From Sumerlaeia bacterium (GTDB taxonomy: Bacteria; Sumerlaeota; Sumerlaeia; SLMS01; JAHLLQ01): a stretch of 64,000 nucleotides of DNA. The position numbers and the translations under genes are program-made. The stretch lies in contig JAVJSW010000049.1 of assembly GCA_040219255.1 (NCBI GenBank), forward strand, positions 64,001-128,000, written 5' to 3'. Below are positions 37,549 through 46,593 of the stretch, piece after piece. The number at the start of each line of letters is the position of its first letter. The first letter of the stretch is position 1. A model generated the notes under the pieces. It worked only from the letters and a program-made list of their open reading frames with translations, made no database searches and was not told where the DNA came from.

Positions 37549-38847
37549 CTACGCCGGCTTGGCCGCCTGCTCGTCCAAGCCCTCTTCCACTTCCTCCATC
37601 TTTTCCGCAGCCGCGCCCGGCGTGATGCTGAGCTTCGCCGCGTACCAGAGGCCGATCACCGTGACCAGAATCCATTGCAGGAAGTGGATCACGAGGGTGA
37701 AGCCGAGGCCGAGAGCCTGCTCTTCGGGGGAGTCGCCGATGGCACCGACCATGATGAGGGCCAGCAGGCCGCCGACCTCGTAGAGCCCCCAGTAGCCCGG
37801 CGCCGCCGGAATGGCGATGGCGATGCAGGTGATGATCAGGAACGCCATGGATTGAACGAAGGTCAGTTCCAGTTCGGGAAAACCGAAGGCCATGATCCAG
37901 ATGGTCGCGCCGGTGGCGATCCACACGCCGACGCTGTGGAAGATGAGAATCGCCAGCATCCTGGGGCTCTTGAGGGCGTCGAAGCCTTCGGCGAAATGGC
38001 GGAAGAGTTCGCCGATCTTTTCTTTGAACTTGTGGGGCAGGAGCGGAATCGCCATCACAATCCGCAGCACCAGGTTGCGCACCGGGTCGAAGAGCATGGC
38101 GATGACGCCCACGATCAGGACGATGACGAAGGGCACGAGCTTCATCGCCCCGCTCTGGATACCGGCGGGGCTGATGGTGCCAGAGCTGCCGAGGGTGAAG
38201 TCGCGCCCGCCGGGGATGAAAAGGGCGGCGGCCACACCCGCCAGCGCCAGCGCCCCCGCGGCCACGTAGCAGGGCGCCGGGGCTTTGTCGTTGCCCTTCG
38301 CGCCGAGGGTGCGCCCCAGCAGGAAGAGCCCGCCGGCCGCCAGAACCCCCAGCCCCAGCAGCAACCACCGCAGCGGCAGCGTCATGGTGGCGTCGTAGTC
38401 CTTGGAAAAGTCGGAGTCGAATTGCAGTAGCAAGGGTGCCAGCGCGAACAACCCGAGCAGCGTGAGCGAGTCGAGGACGCGTTCGACGAACACGGTGGAC
38501 AATCCAGCGGGGAAGGGCACGCCGGCCGAGCGCCGCAGGGCCAGGGGGCGGGCGGCCTCGCCCGCGCGGCCGGGGACGACGCTGTTCAACCCAAAGCCGA
38601 CCATCAAGGACTGATAGGCCGGGTAGAAGGGAACTTTTTGCTTGGGCGCGAGGAGCAATTGCCAACGCCACACACGCCAGACAAAGGTCAACCAGGTGAC
38701 CACCACGAACGGGATCGCCCACCACCAATTGGCTGTCTTGAGCGTGTCCCAGAGCATGGCGAATTCGATCTGGCGAAAGGCCAGCCAGAGGAAAAAGCCG
38801 CTGAGGAGCAGCGCGATCGCCAGAGAGATGATTTTCTTTGCAGGCAT
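37549..38847 (-). CDS. Lysylphosphatidylglycerol synthase TM domain / flippase-like protein (UPF0104)
   Basis: WRVWRWQLLL, NSVVPGRAGEAAR, TVFVERVLD, IPAAPGYWGLYE; polytopic. Confidence 0.85.
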   Translation of the reverse strand: MPAKKIISLAIALLLSGFFLWLAFRQIEFAMLWDTLKTANWWWAIPFVVVTWLTFVWRVWRWQLLLAPKQKVPFYPAYQSLMVGFGLNSVVPGRAGEAARPLALRRSAGVPFPAGLSTVFVERVLDSLTLLGLFALAPLLLQFDSDFSKDYDATMTLPLRWLLLGLGVLAAGGLFLLGRTLGAKGNDKAPAPCYVAAGALALAGVAAALFIPGGRDFTLGSSGTISPAGIQSGAMKLVPFVIVLIVGVIAMLFDPVRNLVLRIVMAIPLLPHKFKEKIGELFRHFAEGFDALKSPRMLAILIFHSVGVWIATGATIWIMAFGFPELELTFVQSMAFLIITCIAIAIPAAPGYWGLYEVGGLLALIMVGAIGDSPEEQALGLGFTLVIHFLQWILVTVIGLWYAAKLSITPGAAAEKMEEVEEGLDEQAAKPA

Positions 38848-38998
38848 GAGAAGGGCGTTTCGCTCCGAGCGAAGAGAATAATCCGCGGCTAATGGCGGGT
38901 TCCGTTCTGCTTGGCAATCTCCGCGCCGCAACGGGAATCCCGGCCGGGCCCGATGGGTTTACCCAATTTTCACCACGGAGACTCGGAGGCACGGAGCA

Positions 38999-39640
38999 AT
39001 GAGAGAAAACCCCCAGATTGTTCTGACCGCCATGGGCGATGGCCTGGCGGGGGCGTGGAACCGATGGTGCGGGGATTTGCCCGGCGTCGAGGTTTGGCGC
39101 CGTTCGATCCTCGATTGCGCCTGCGACGCCGTCGTCAGCCCGGCGAACAGCTTTGGCTTTATGGACGGCGGGATCGACGGGATTTACCTCGATCACTTTG
39201 GCCGGGGGGTGCAGGATCGCCTGAGGGCCGCCATCCTGACGCGGCACGACGGTGAGCTTCTCGTCGGTCAGGCGGAGATTGTCCCCAGCGGCGACGAGGC
39301 GATTCCCTGGCTGATCGCCGCGCCGACGATGCGCGTGCCGATGGCGCTGCGCGAGAGCGTCGCGCCCTACCTGGCGGCGCGGGCGGTACTGCTGCTTTGG
39401 AAGAATGGCACCAACCCCGCCACGGGCCGCCTCGTGCGCGAAGACATCCGCACCATCGCCTTCCCCGGCCTCGGCACCGGGGTCGGCCGCATCGGCCCCC
39501 AGACCTGCGCGCGCCAGGTCCGCCAAGCGATCGAGGACGTCCTCCACCGACCCGCCCAGCTCCCGCGTTCCTGGGCCGAAGCCAGCGAACGCCACCAACT
39601 CCTCTATACCGACCGCCCCCGGAACCTGCAGCGGGATTGA
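38999..39640 (+). CDS. Macro domain (ADP-ribose/Appr-1''-p processing) protein
   Basis: DAVVSPANSFGFMDGGID, LIAAPTMRVP, IAFPGLGTGVG. Confidence 0.9.
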   Translation: MRENPQIVLTAMGDGLAGAWNRWCGDLPGVEVWRRSILDCACDAVVSPANSFGFMDGGIDGIYLDHFGRGVQDRLRAAILTRHDGELLVGQAEIVPSGDEAIPWLIAAPTMRVPMALRESVAPYLAARAVLLLWKNGTNPATGRLVREDIRTIAFPGLGTGVGRIGPQTCARQVRQAIEDVLHRPAQLPRSWAEASERHQLLYTDRPRNLQRD

Positions 39641-39764
39641 GCGCGCCCGGGCCGAGCGAAAAAGTGAAAACGAACACGCACCACCCGCCCCGCCCCGGCG
39701 TCCTTGGAGGGTGACGGGGGTCACATACGCCCCCGCAGCCGACATCCCACAGAAGGCAAAGACA

Positions 39765-41156
39765 ATGTCCGTTCTCGACGATGCCGAACTGGTCCAGCGC
39801 ACCCGCCGGGGCGACCGCCGCGCGATGGAGAAGCTGATCGAGCTTCACTACGCGGGGGTTCTCGCCGAGGGGCGCAAGATCCTCAAGGACGAGGACGCGG
39901 CGGAAAACCTGGCACAGGAGGTTTTCCTCCGCGCCGCTCTGAATCTGGAGACCTTACGCGAGGACCAGAAATTCGGGGGCTGGGTGCGGACCATCGCCCG
40001 CAACCTGGCCCGCACCTGGAAACGCTCGGAAACCCGCACCTCGCGCCTCGCCCGCCAAATCTTGCTGGAGGACTCCGCCATGGAAAACATCGCCGACACC
40101 ACCCCCTCGGCCCCGGAACGGCTGGAGGAAGTCGACCGGCTGAGTCAGCTTCGCCAAGCCCTCGAAGGCCTGGAGCCGGACGAACGCGACGTGATCCTGC
40201 GGCATTTCTTTCAGAACGAAAGCCAGCGCGACATCGGGCGCGAGCTGGGCGTCCACCACACCACGATCTCGAGGCGGATTCAGGGGGCCCTCGGCAAACT
40301 GAAAACCTTCCTCACGCCCGGAGAGCCCGCGTTCTCCGGCCCCCAGAAGGCCAAGGTCCTCTGCGCCGCCGCGCTGGCGCTGCCCGCCGCGAAGAAAAGC
40401 GCCGTCGCCGGCGAGATCGCCCGGGAAACCGCCACCCTGTCCCTGCCCCCCTGGATGTCGGCCATCCACCCCCATTTCGCGGCCACCGCCGCCGGAGTTA
40501 TCGCTATGAACACCACCCAGAAAATCGTCGTCGCAGCCATCGCCGCCGCCCTCCTCGTCGGAGGCACCGTCGCCACAAAAGCCACCACCGGTTCCCCAGG
40601 CTCCGCCCTCTTCGCCTCCGCCGCCGCCCCGTCGGAAACCATAGACATCGCCATGGGCGGGGAAGTCACCGTGGACATCGCCTTTGGCGAGACCAAACGC
40701 CTCGCCCTCGATTCCATCGCCGGATTGCCGGCCTTCGCCCAGGAACACATCGCGGATTTCCAGACTATCGACCTGACGGCCCGGGAGAACGGCACCATCG
40801 AAGCTCGCCTGGTCAAAGCCGATGGCAGCGTCCTGGAACAGACGCTGTACACGTCGGCGCGCGACACCGCCCAGGCCACCAACGTCCACGTCTGGGAGGA
40901 AATGGGCCTGCTCCTGATCGTCAGCGCCGCCATCCGCCAAACGCCGACTGGTATGCAGGTGAATTACTTCAAGGTCAACCGGCCGGACCTGTTGCCCGCG
41001 GTGAAGAACCTGGAGCGGCTGGCGGAGGAGGGCCGCCTGTCGCCCTACGAAGCCCGCATGCGCACCGAGAAGCTGATGGCGGACAACGGCCTTTTCCCGC
41101 AGGACGCGGAGAACCGCGAGTTGGTTCGGCGGCTGGTGAGCGGGTTCTTCGATTGA
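39765..41156 (+). CDS. ECF sigma-70 factor with fused TM helix and extracytoplasmic C-terminal extension
   Basis: Region 2 AENLAQEVFLRA...FGGWVRTIARN; region 4 SQRDIGRELGVHHTTISRRI; hydrophobic IVVAAIAAALLVGG, then about 200 aa. Confidence 0.88.
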   Translation: MSVLDDAELVQRTRRGDRRAMEKLIELHYAGVLAEGRKILKDEDAAENLAQEVFLRAALNLETLREDQKFGGWVRTIARNLARTWKRSETRTSRLARQILLEDSAMENIADTTPSAPERLEEVDRLSQLRQALEGLEPDERDVILRHFFQNESQRDIGRELGVHHTTISRRIQGALGKLKTFLTPGEPAFSGPQKAKVLCAAALALPAAKKSAVAGEIARETATLSLPPWMSAIHPHFAATAAGVIAMNTTQKIVVAAIAAALLVGGTVATKATTGSPGSALFASAAAPSETIDIAMGGEVTVDIAFGETKRLALDSIAGLPAFAQEHIADFQTIDLTARENGTIEARLVKADGSVLEQTLYTSARDTAQATNVHVWEEMGLLLIVSAAIRQTPTGMQVNYFKVNRPDLLPAVKNLERLAEEGRLSPYEARMRTEKLMADNGLFPQDAENRELVRRLVSGFFD

Positions 41157-41229
41157 GCCAATTGGGGTGAGAATCGGGAACGTCTCCCGGCAGCGATGCC
41201 GGGAGCGGGTCTTTGGAAAGGCGTGCGAA

Positions 41230-42441
41230 TTAGCGTTCGCCGAGGCCGACGAGGGCGTAGATGCTGGGCGCCAGGGCGAGTTGGACTTCCTGCTGAACGG
41301 ACGGGAGTTGATTTTCCAGGGCGCGGGGGTCGTCGGTCACCATGGCGGCCTCCGGTTCGGCGAAGACCATCCAGTCGCGCTCGACCTCGGTTCGCGGATC
41401 GCCCATGAAGAACTGGGTGAGGATGTTGCGCTCGGTCAGGTTCTGGGCCAGGTAGGGATCGCGCCGCATGCGGATGTAGACCTCGCGGGCGGCCTGCGTG
41501 TCGCCCGAGGAAACCAGGGCGTCGATCAGCTTGGAATAGGCGGTATAGGCCAGGGGGTGGCTGGGGTAATCGAAGGTGAACCGGCGAAGCTGCTCGACGG
41601 CGGAGGCGACGTAGCTCTTCACTTCTTCTTCACTGGCGCGGACGGCGGCGGCGAGATCGCCCATCGCGAGTGTGAGCAGGGCGTAGGGCCTGAGGGCGGC
41701 AGCGGGAGTTTCCTGGGCGATGCGCTCGAGCGGGCCCCGATGGCTGGGATCGAGGAGCGCGAGATTTTGAAGCGACAGAAAAACTTCCGGGTCCTCGATC
41801 CATTCGAGAGCTTTCTTGTCATCGCCGCTGGCGGGCGTCACGTCATACGAAAAGACACCGAGGTCCTGATAGGTGGCGGTGGCGCCATCGGCGTCTTCGA
41901 AGCAGTAGAGGGCGGTGGCCATGCGATAGGCGCCGGCGGTATCGGAGAGAGCGCCCGACAGGCTGTCGTGATCGTAGGCGAGGATCTGGACGCGGCTGAC
42001 CCGCTGGTCGTACTCCAGGCTGGTGCCGACGCGTTGGTTGCGGCGGATCAGGGGGTCTTTCACTTCGAAGGGAGCGATGCCGAGGCTTTGGTCGGGAACG
42101 ACGACGGCGCGAAAATCCGACCCCAAAGTCAAGGCGCCGGTGAACTCGGCGGGGCGGCCTTTCGCATCGCCTTCGACTTGCAACTCGATGAGGAGCGGTT
42201 CGCCCTGGGACGCCGAGGGCGTCAAGAGGCGGGCGCGGCGCAGGACACCGTTGCACCGGACGGCGTCGAGGTATTGGGGCGCGGAGGCGGGGTTGGCGTA
42301 GGCGGGCGGAACGGCGGACTGTGCCTGGGCGAGTGCCGGAGCCGCGGAAAGAAGGCCCGCCAGCGCCAGACCACAAGCGGTCCAGCGGTTGCTAAAGGTG
42401 GGATTTGGGGAGATGAAAATCCGCGAAAGTCGCCGCATCAT
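41230..42441 (-). CDS. Hypothetical exported protein with TPR-like helices
   Basis: Signal peptide ...LLSAAPALA|Q; TPR/BamD-like segment DYPSHPLAYTAYSKL...GDTQAAREVY. Confidence 0.65.
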   Translation of the reverse strand: MMRRLSRIFISPNPTFSNRWTACGLALAGLLSAAPALAQAQSAVPPAYANPASAPQYLDAVRCNGVLRRARLLTPSASQGEPLLIELQVEGDAKGRPAEFTGALTLGSDFRAVVVPDQSLGIAPFEVKDPLIRRNQRVGTSLEYDQRVSRVQILAYDHDSLSGALSDTAGAYRMATALYCFEDADGATATYQDLGVFSYDVTPASGDDKKALEWIEDPEVFLSLQNLALLDPSHRGPLERIAQETPAAALRPYALLTLAMGDLAAAVRASEEEVKSYVASAVEQLRRFTFDYPSHPLAYTAYSKLIDALVSSGDTQAAREVYIRMRRDPYLAQNLTERNILTQFFMGDPRTEVERDWMVFAEPEAAMVTDDPRALENQLPSVQQEVQLALAPSIYALVGLGER

Positions 42442-42539
42442 AAGTTGGCCGTCAGTTTCCGTGAAAGAGTCGGGCGCGATGGCAAAAGGTTGCCGCGCCA
42501 TGCACCCTCACCGGACTCGAATCGCCCCGGCGGGGTTTG

Positions 42540-43187
42540 CTAGGGGCGATTGGGCTCGAGGATCAACTGCCCCGACAGATCCCGGCGCGCTTTGCGGGCC
42601 AGGTCCTCGAGCACTCCCAGTTGGGACGTGAACCAGTCCGTGTCCTGGCCGGACCAGCGCCACACTTCGTCGCCGCTTTGGACTTCGACGAGGGAGAGTT
42701 CCAGATCCGCTTCGCTCTTCCAGGTGTGGAGAGTTTTGTCATGGACCGTGCGCGATTCGCCGACTTGGCTGCTGAGGACGTAATCGACGTTGAGCGCGCG
42801 GCCGTAGTCGAGGGGGTCCTGCATTTGGAGGACGACGAGTCGTTCCTCCGGGGTCAGGCCCGGGTAGATTTGATTCAGGACGCGCTCCTTGGAAGCCATG
42901 AAGGCGGTCAGGTCGGTGCGGGAATAGACCTGGACGCCGGGGATGCGGCCGAATTCGCGGGCGAGGGCTTCGCCGGCCAGGACGCCGGCGTTGCCACTGT
43001 CGTAGCGGTCGCGGGCGGAAAGCCACCATCCGGCGGTGGACTTGCGGGTTTCGCCGTTTTCGACGCGGGCATCGAGCACCGCCATGGTAACCAGGCCATC
43101 GGTGGCTGGCATTTTGCGCGCGCAGCCGGACGTCAGGGCCACCGCCATCAGACAGAACGCGAGAAAAAGAAATCCACTGGGCCGCAT
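42540..43187 (-). CDS. Lipoprotein (CsgG/LpoB-like fold, tentative)
   Basis: Lipobox LTSG|C; YGRALNVDYVLSSQV...LSLVEVQSGDEVW pattern. Confidence 0.65.
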   Translation of the reverse strand: MRPSGFLFLAFCLMAVALTSGCARKMPATDGLVTMAVLDARVENGETRKSTAGWWLSARDRYDSGNAGVLAGEALAREFGRIPGVQVYSRTDLTAFMASKERVLNQIYPGLTPEERLVVLQMQDPLDYGRALNVDYVLSSQVGESRTVHDKTLHTWKSEADLELSLVEVQSGDEVWRWSGQDTDWFTSQLGVLEDLARKARRDLSGQLILEPNRP

Positions 43188-43306
43188 CTCGGACGATATT
43201 CCTCATCGCTGGAAATGATGGGGCGGATCGGGTCCACCATCCGGGCCCATAGGGAACCAGGGGCCCCGCAAGCGTCAAGCGCGGTCGCGGCGCCAGGGGG
43301 ATACAG

Positions 43307-43334
43307 AAAACCGCCCCGGAGGATTCCGGGGCGG
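43307..43334 (-). terminator. Rho-independent terminator of the 43400-45085 gene
   Basis: Perfect 10-bp stem CCGCCCCGGA/TCCGGGGCGG with a 4-nt loop, followed by TTTT on the minus strand. Confidence 0.75.
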
Positions 43335-43399
43335 GGGTCCATGCTCTCAAGCGGGCTCGCGCTGGGGAGGTGTGGTTCCCATCACCGTCTCACGACGGT

Positions 43400-45085
43400 T
43401 TACTGCATGACGACGGAGAAGGAGCTGTGTTGACCGTCTTCCGTGACAGTCTTGCTGGTCACGATGTTGCCCATGCCGCGGACAATATCGAGGCCCTTGA
43501 ACATCGCTTCCATGTCGTCGGGCTGCATGCCGGCGCCCACGAACTGGGCAAGGAGGGGCGAGGCGATGTCGACGATGCGCTTGAGGTTGACCTGGCTGTA
43601 CTGGTGGGCTTCGCCAGGGATGTTGCCGCTGGCGGAGGACCAGGCGGCGCCTTCGAAGAGCCCGCCGTCACCGGCCTTGGCCGCCTTCAGCGCCCCGCGC
43701 AGGCTTTCAACGTTCGGCCCGATGACGACGGTGCCGTCTTCAGTCATGGCGTGGAAGAGGCCGAGCGGCATGCCCATGGCGCCGGGAGCGATAATCGAGC
43801 GCACTTCAACGCCCTCGATGGTCTGCACCTGCGGCGTGACGGCGACACCGCCGCCCTGCTGCGCGAAGACTTGAGCGACGTTGCTCTCCAGCTTCGACAT
43901 GACGGCCTTGGCCTGGTCCTTGTTCTTGGATTGGGCGACGATGGTCAGGTCGATCTGGGGCATGAAGCCCATCAGGGCAAAGTCGTTGAAGAAAATGCCG
44001 GTGTCGGGGCCAAAGGCGGAGAGCACCTCGTCGGCCTTCATGCCGAGCATGGCTTCGATCTGCTGGACGCCCTGCTTCACTTCCGGAGTGGTGGTGGGCG
44101 AATTGAGGGACTTTTTCACGGTTTCGCCGTCGAAGAGGTTCGTGACGGTGGCGAAGAGGGCGTCGTTGGCGGCGAACTCCGCCAGTTTGTCGAAGTTCGA
44201 GGTTTCCTGGGCGGCGTAGTTGTCGATGAGGGACTTCATCTGCGAGCCCTCCTCGACGCCGACGAAGGACTTGCCGTCGATGCGGGACTCGCCGAAGTTC
44301 ATGACGGCGGCGATGTCGTCGGGGATCATGGACTTGGCTTCGGCCAGTTCGGGGCGCGCGGCCATGAGAGTTTCGATCAGCGCTTTGCTGGCGAACATGG
44401 AGAAATGACCATCCATGCCGACGTTTTCGAAGGCCTTTTTGATGCGTTCGTTTTCCGCCAGGGTGTTGCCGGTGGAGGTGATGGAGCTGGACAGGGCGCC
44501 CATGGAGGAGGAAGCGATGAGAATTTCGCCCATGCGGGTGGCGTGAACGCCGTCGCCGCTGAGGCTGTAGGTCTTGGTGCCGCTCACTTCGTTTTCGGCG
44601 ACCATCTCCGCTTCGGCGACGCCTTGACCGGCCATGGCGGCTTTGGATTGCTTGAGGAGGTGCTGGAGCATCGCTTCAGCGTGCTCCTCGGAGTCGAAGT
44701 CGGCGACGATGACCATGGCTTGGTTGTCGGTCATGTAAAGGTCGACGCCCTGGAGGACTTCGCCGAGGAACTGATCGGGCTTGAGGCTGTACCCCAACTC
44801 GAGTTCGGCTTTGTCCATGTTGAGGAGGAAGTCCTGGAACTCGGGGGAATTCTTGACGGCGTTGAGGGCGAGGAGTTCGCCGAGGCGGGCGGCGACGGGG
44901 GACTTGCCGAAGCCTTGCCACATTTCGTTCGTGTCATTGATGCTGACGAAGGCCTCGACACCAGAGGGAACGCGGTCCGGAACGGCGACTTCCTGGGCCG
45001 CGGCGGTCAGGGGCAGAGTGAGAGCGAAAACCGTCGCGACGGCGAAACGCCGGGTGTGGCGCGAAAAGCGGGATCTGAGAGTCAT
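43400..45085 (-). CDS. Exported protein, DUF3352-like
   Basis: Signal peptide ...LPLTAAA|Q; two repeated alpha/beta halves; GC-rich codon bias. The family call is tentative. Confidence 0.65.
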   Translation of the reverse strand: MTLRSRFSRHTRRFAVATVFALTLPLTAAAQEVAVPDRVPSGVEAFVSINDTNEMWQGFGKSPVAARLGELLALNAVKNSPEFQDFLLNMDKAELELGYSLKPDQFLGEVLQGVDLYMTDNQAMVIVADFDSEEHAEAMLQHLLKQSKAAMAGQGVAEAEMVAENEVSGTKTYSLSGDGVHATRMGEILIASSSMGALSSSITSTGNTLAENERIKKAFENVGMDGHFSMFASKALIETLMAARPELAEAKSMIPDDIAAVMNFGESRIDGKSFVGVEEGSQMKSLIDNYAAQETSNFDKLAEFAANDALFATVTNLFDGETVKKSLNSPTTTPEVKQGVQQIEAMLGMKADEVLSAFGPDTGIFFNDFALMGFMPQIDLTIVAQSKNKDQAKAVMSKLESNVAQVFAQQGGGVAVTPQVQTIEGVEVRSIIAPGAMGMPLGLFHAMTEDGTVVIGPNVESLRGALKAAKAGDGGLFEGAAWSSASGNIPGEAHQYSQVNLKRIVDIASPLLAQFVGAGMQPDDMEAMFKGLDIVRGMGNIVTSKTVTEDGQHSSFSVVMQ

Positions 45086-45214
45086 GAAGGGATCCTTTAG
45101 CGGAAAGTTTGGGGAATACGGGGCAAAAACTTCGGTGGACCTGCCGGTCCGGTCCTCGTTAGGGAACACTACGCCCCGGGGAGGGACAATATTTATGAAA
45201 GAAGTGTTCCGAAC

Positions 45215-46393
45215 GTGCGCGCACTGACGATTCTAGGCTCAACAGGCAGCATCGGGACCCAGGCGCTCGATGTCGTTCGGGCGTTTCCTTCACAGTTTCA
45301 GGTTCTCGCGCTGGCGGCGGGGAGCAATCTGGAACTGTTCCGGCGGCAAATCGCCGAGTTCCAGCCGGCCTTCGTGACTCTGGCGAATCGCCAGGGGGCC
45401 GAAATTCTGGCATCGGAATTGGCGGGAACAGGGACGAAATTGCTCAGTGGCCCGGACGCTCTCACGCGGCTGGCGGCGGAGGTCCCGGCCACCATGGTGC
45501 TGGCCGCCACGGTGGGATGGACGGGGGTGGAGCCGGTTCTGGCGGCCATCGCCGCGGGGCGCGACATCGCCCTGGCGAACAAGGAAGTGCTGGTGTGCGC
45601 GGGGGATCTGGTGATGGCCGCGGCAAAAGCCCACGGCGTGGCCATCTATCCGGTGGACAGCGAGCACAACGCCATCATGCAGTGCCTGGCGGCGAGCGGC
45701 CCAGGGGCGGCGCCTCTGAGGCGCTTGATCCTGACGTGCAGCGGCGGAGCGTACCGCAACGCCTCGGCGGAGGAAATCGCCCTCGCCGGTTGGGAGCGCA
45801 CACTGGACCACCCGACCTGGGACATGGGGCGCAAGATCACCGTGGACAGCGCGACGCTGATGAACAAGGGCTTCGAGGTGATCGAGGCGCACCATCTTTT
45901 TGGTGTGCCAATGGAAAAAATCCAGGTGGTCATCCACCCGCAAAGCATCGTCCACAGTCTGGTGGAATTCGCCGACGGCAGCATGATGGCTCAGATGGGC
46001 CGCACGGACATGCGGCTGCCGATCCAGCACATTCTGACCTATCCGGACCGGCGGCCGACGACGCTTGAGCCGTTGGACTTGACGGAGGTGGGGTGCCTGG
46101 ACTTCTTGAAACCCGACCTTGGGCGCTTTCCGTGCCTGGCCATGGCGTACGAAGCGGCTCAGCGGGGCGGGACTCTGCCCTGTGTCCTGAACGCCGCCAA
46201 CGAGATCGCCGTTGCCGCGCACCTGGGCGGCCAGATTCCGTGCGGAGGGATTCCGGAGTTGATTCGCCAAGTCCTGGACGCCCACGAAATCCAGCCCGCC
46301 GCAAGCCTCGACACACTGCGGGAGGCCGACCGCTGGGGCCGCGAGGCAGCCCGGGCCGTTCTGGCCGGGATGAACGCGGCGCCTCGCGTCTGA
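45215..46393 (+). CDS. dxr: 1-deoxy-D-xylulose-5-phosphate reductoisomerase
   Basis: LGSTGSIGTQ, ALANKE, PVDSEHNA, HPTWDMGRKITVDSATLMNKGFEVIEAH. Confidence 0.97.
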   Translation: MRALTILGSTGSIGTQALDVVRAFPSQFQVLALAAGSNLELFRRQIAEFQPAFVTLANRQGAEILASELAGTGTKLLSGPDALTRLAAEVPATMVLAATVGWTGVEPVLAAIAAGRDIALANKEVLVCAGDLVMAAAKAHGVAIYPVDSEHNAIMQCLAASGPGAAPLRRLILTCSGGAYRNASAEEIALAGWERTLDHPTWDMGRKITVDSATLMNKGFEVIEAHHLFGVPMEKIQVVIHPQSIVHSLVEFADGSMMAQMGRTDMRLPIQHILTYPDRRPTTLEPLDLTEVGCLDFLKPDLGRFPCLAMAYEAAQRGGTLPCVLNAANEIAVAAHLGGQIPCGGIPELIRQVLDAHEIQPAASLDTLREADRWGREAARAVLAGMNAAPRV

Positions 46394-46593
46394 AGGGCGG
46401 CTTTTCTTTTTGTGCGTGACGAATGGGATTTTCACTTTCTGCTTAGGTCGGGGGTCCCGCCCGGTCTACCATCTTTCGACCGCGCCCAACCGAACGCTTT
46501 TTTTTCCAGTCCACCTTATTCCACCCTCTCGCGTCCTGGTGCCCGAGCGCCGTTAGCGTTAGGAAAAAGCCCCCGAAAGGCCCCGACCACCTC

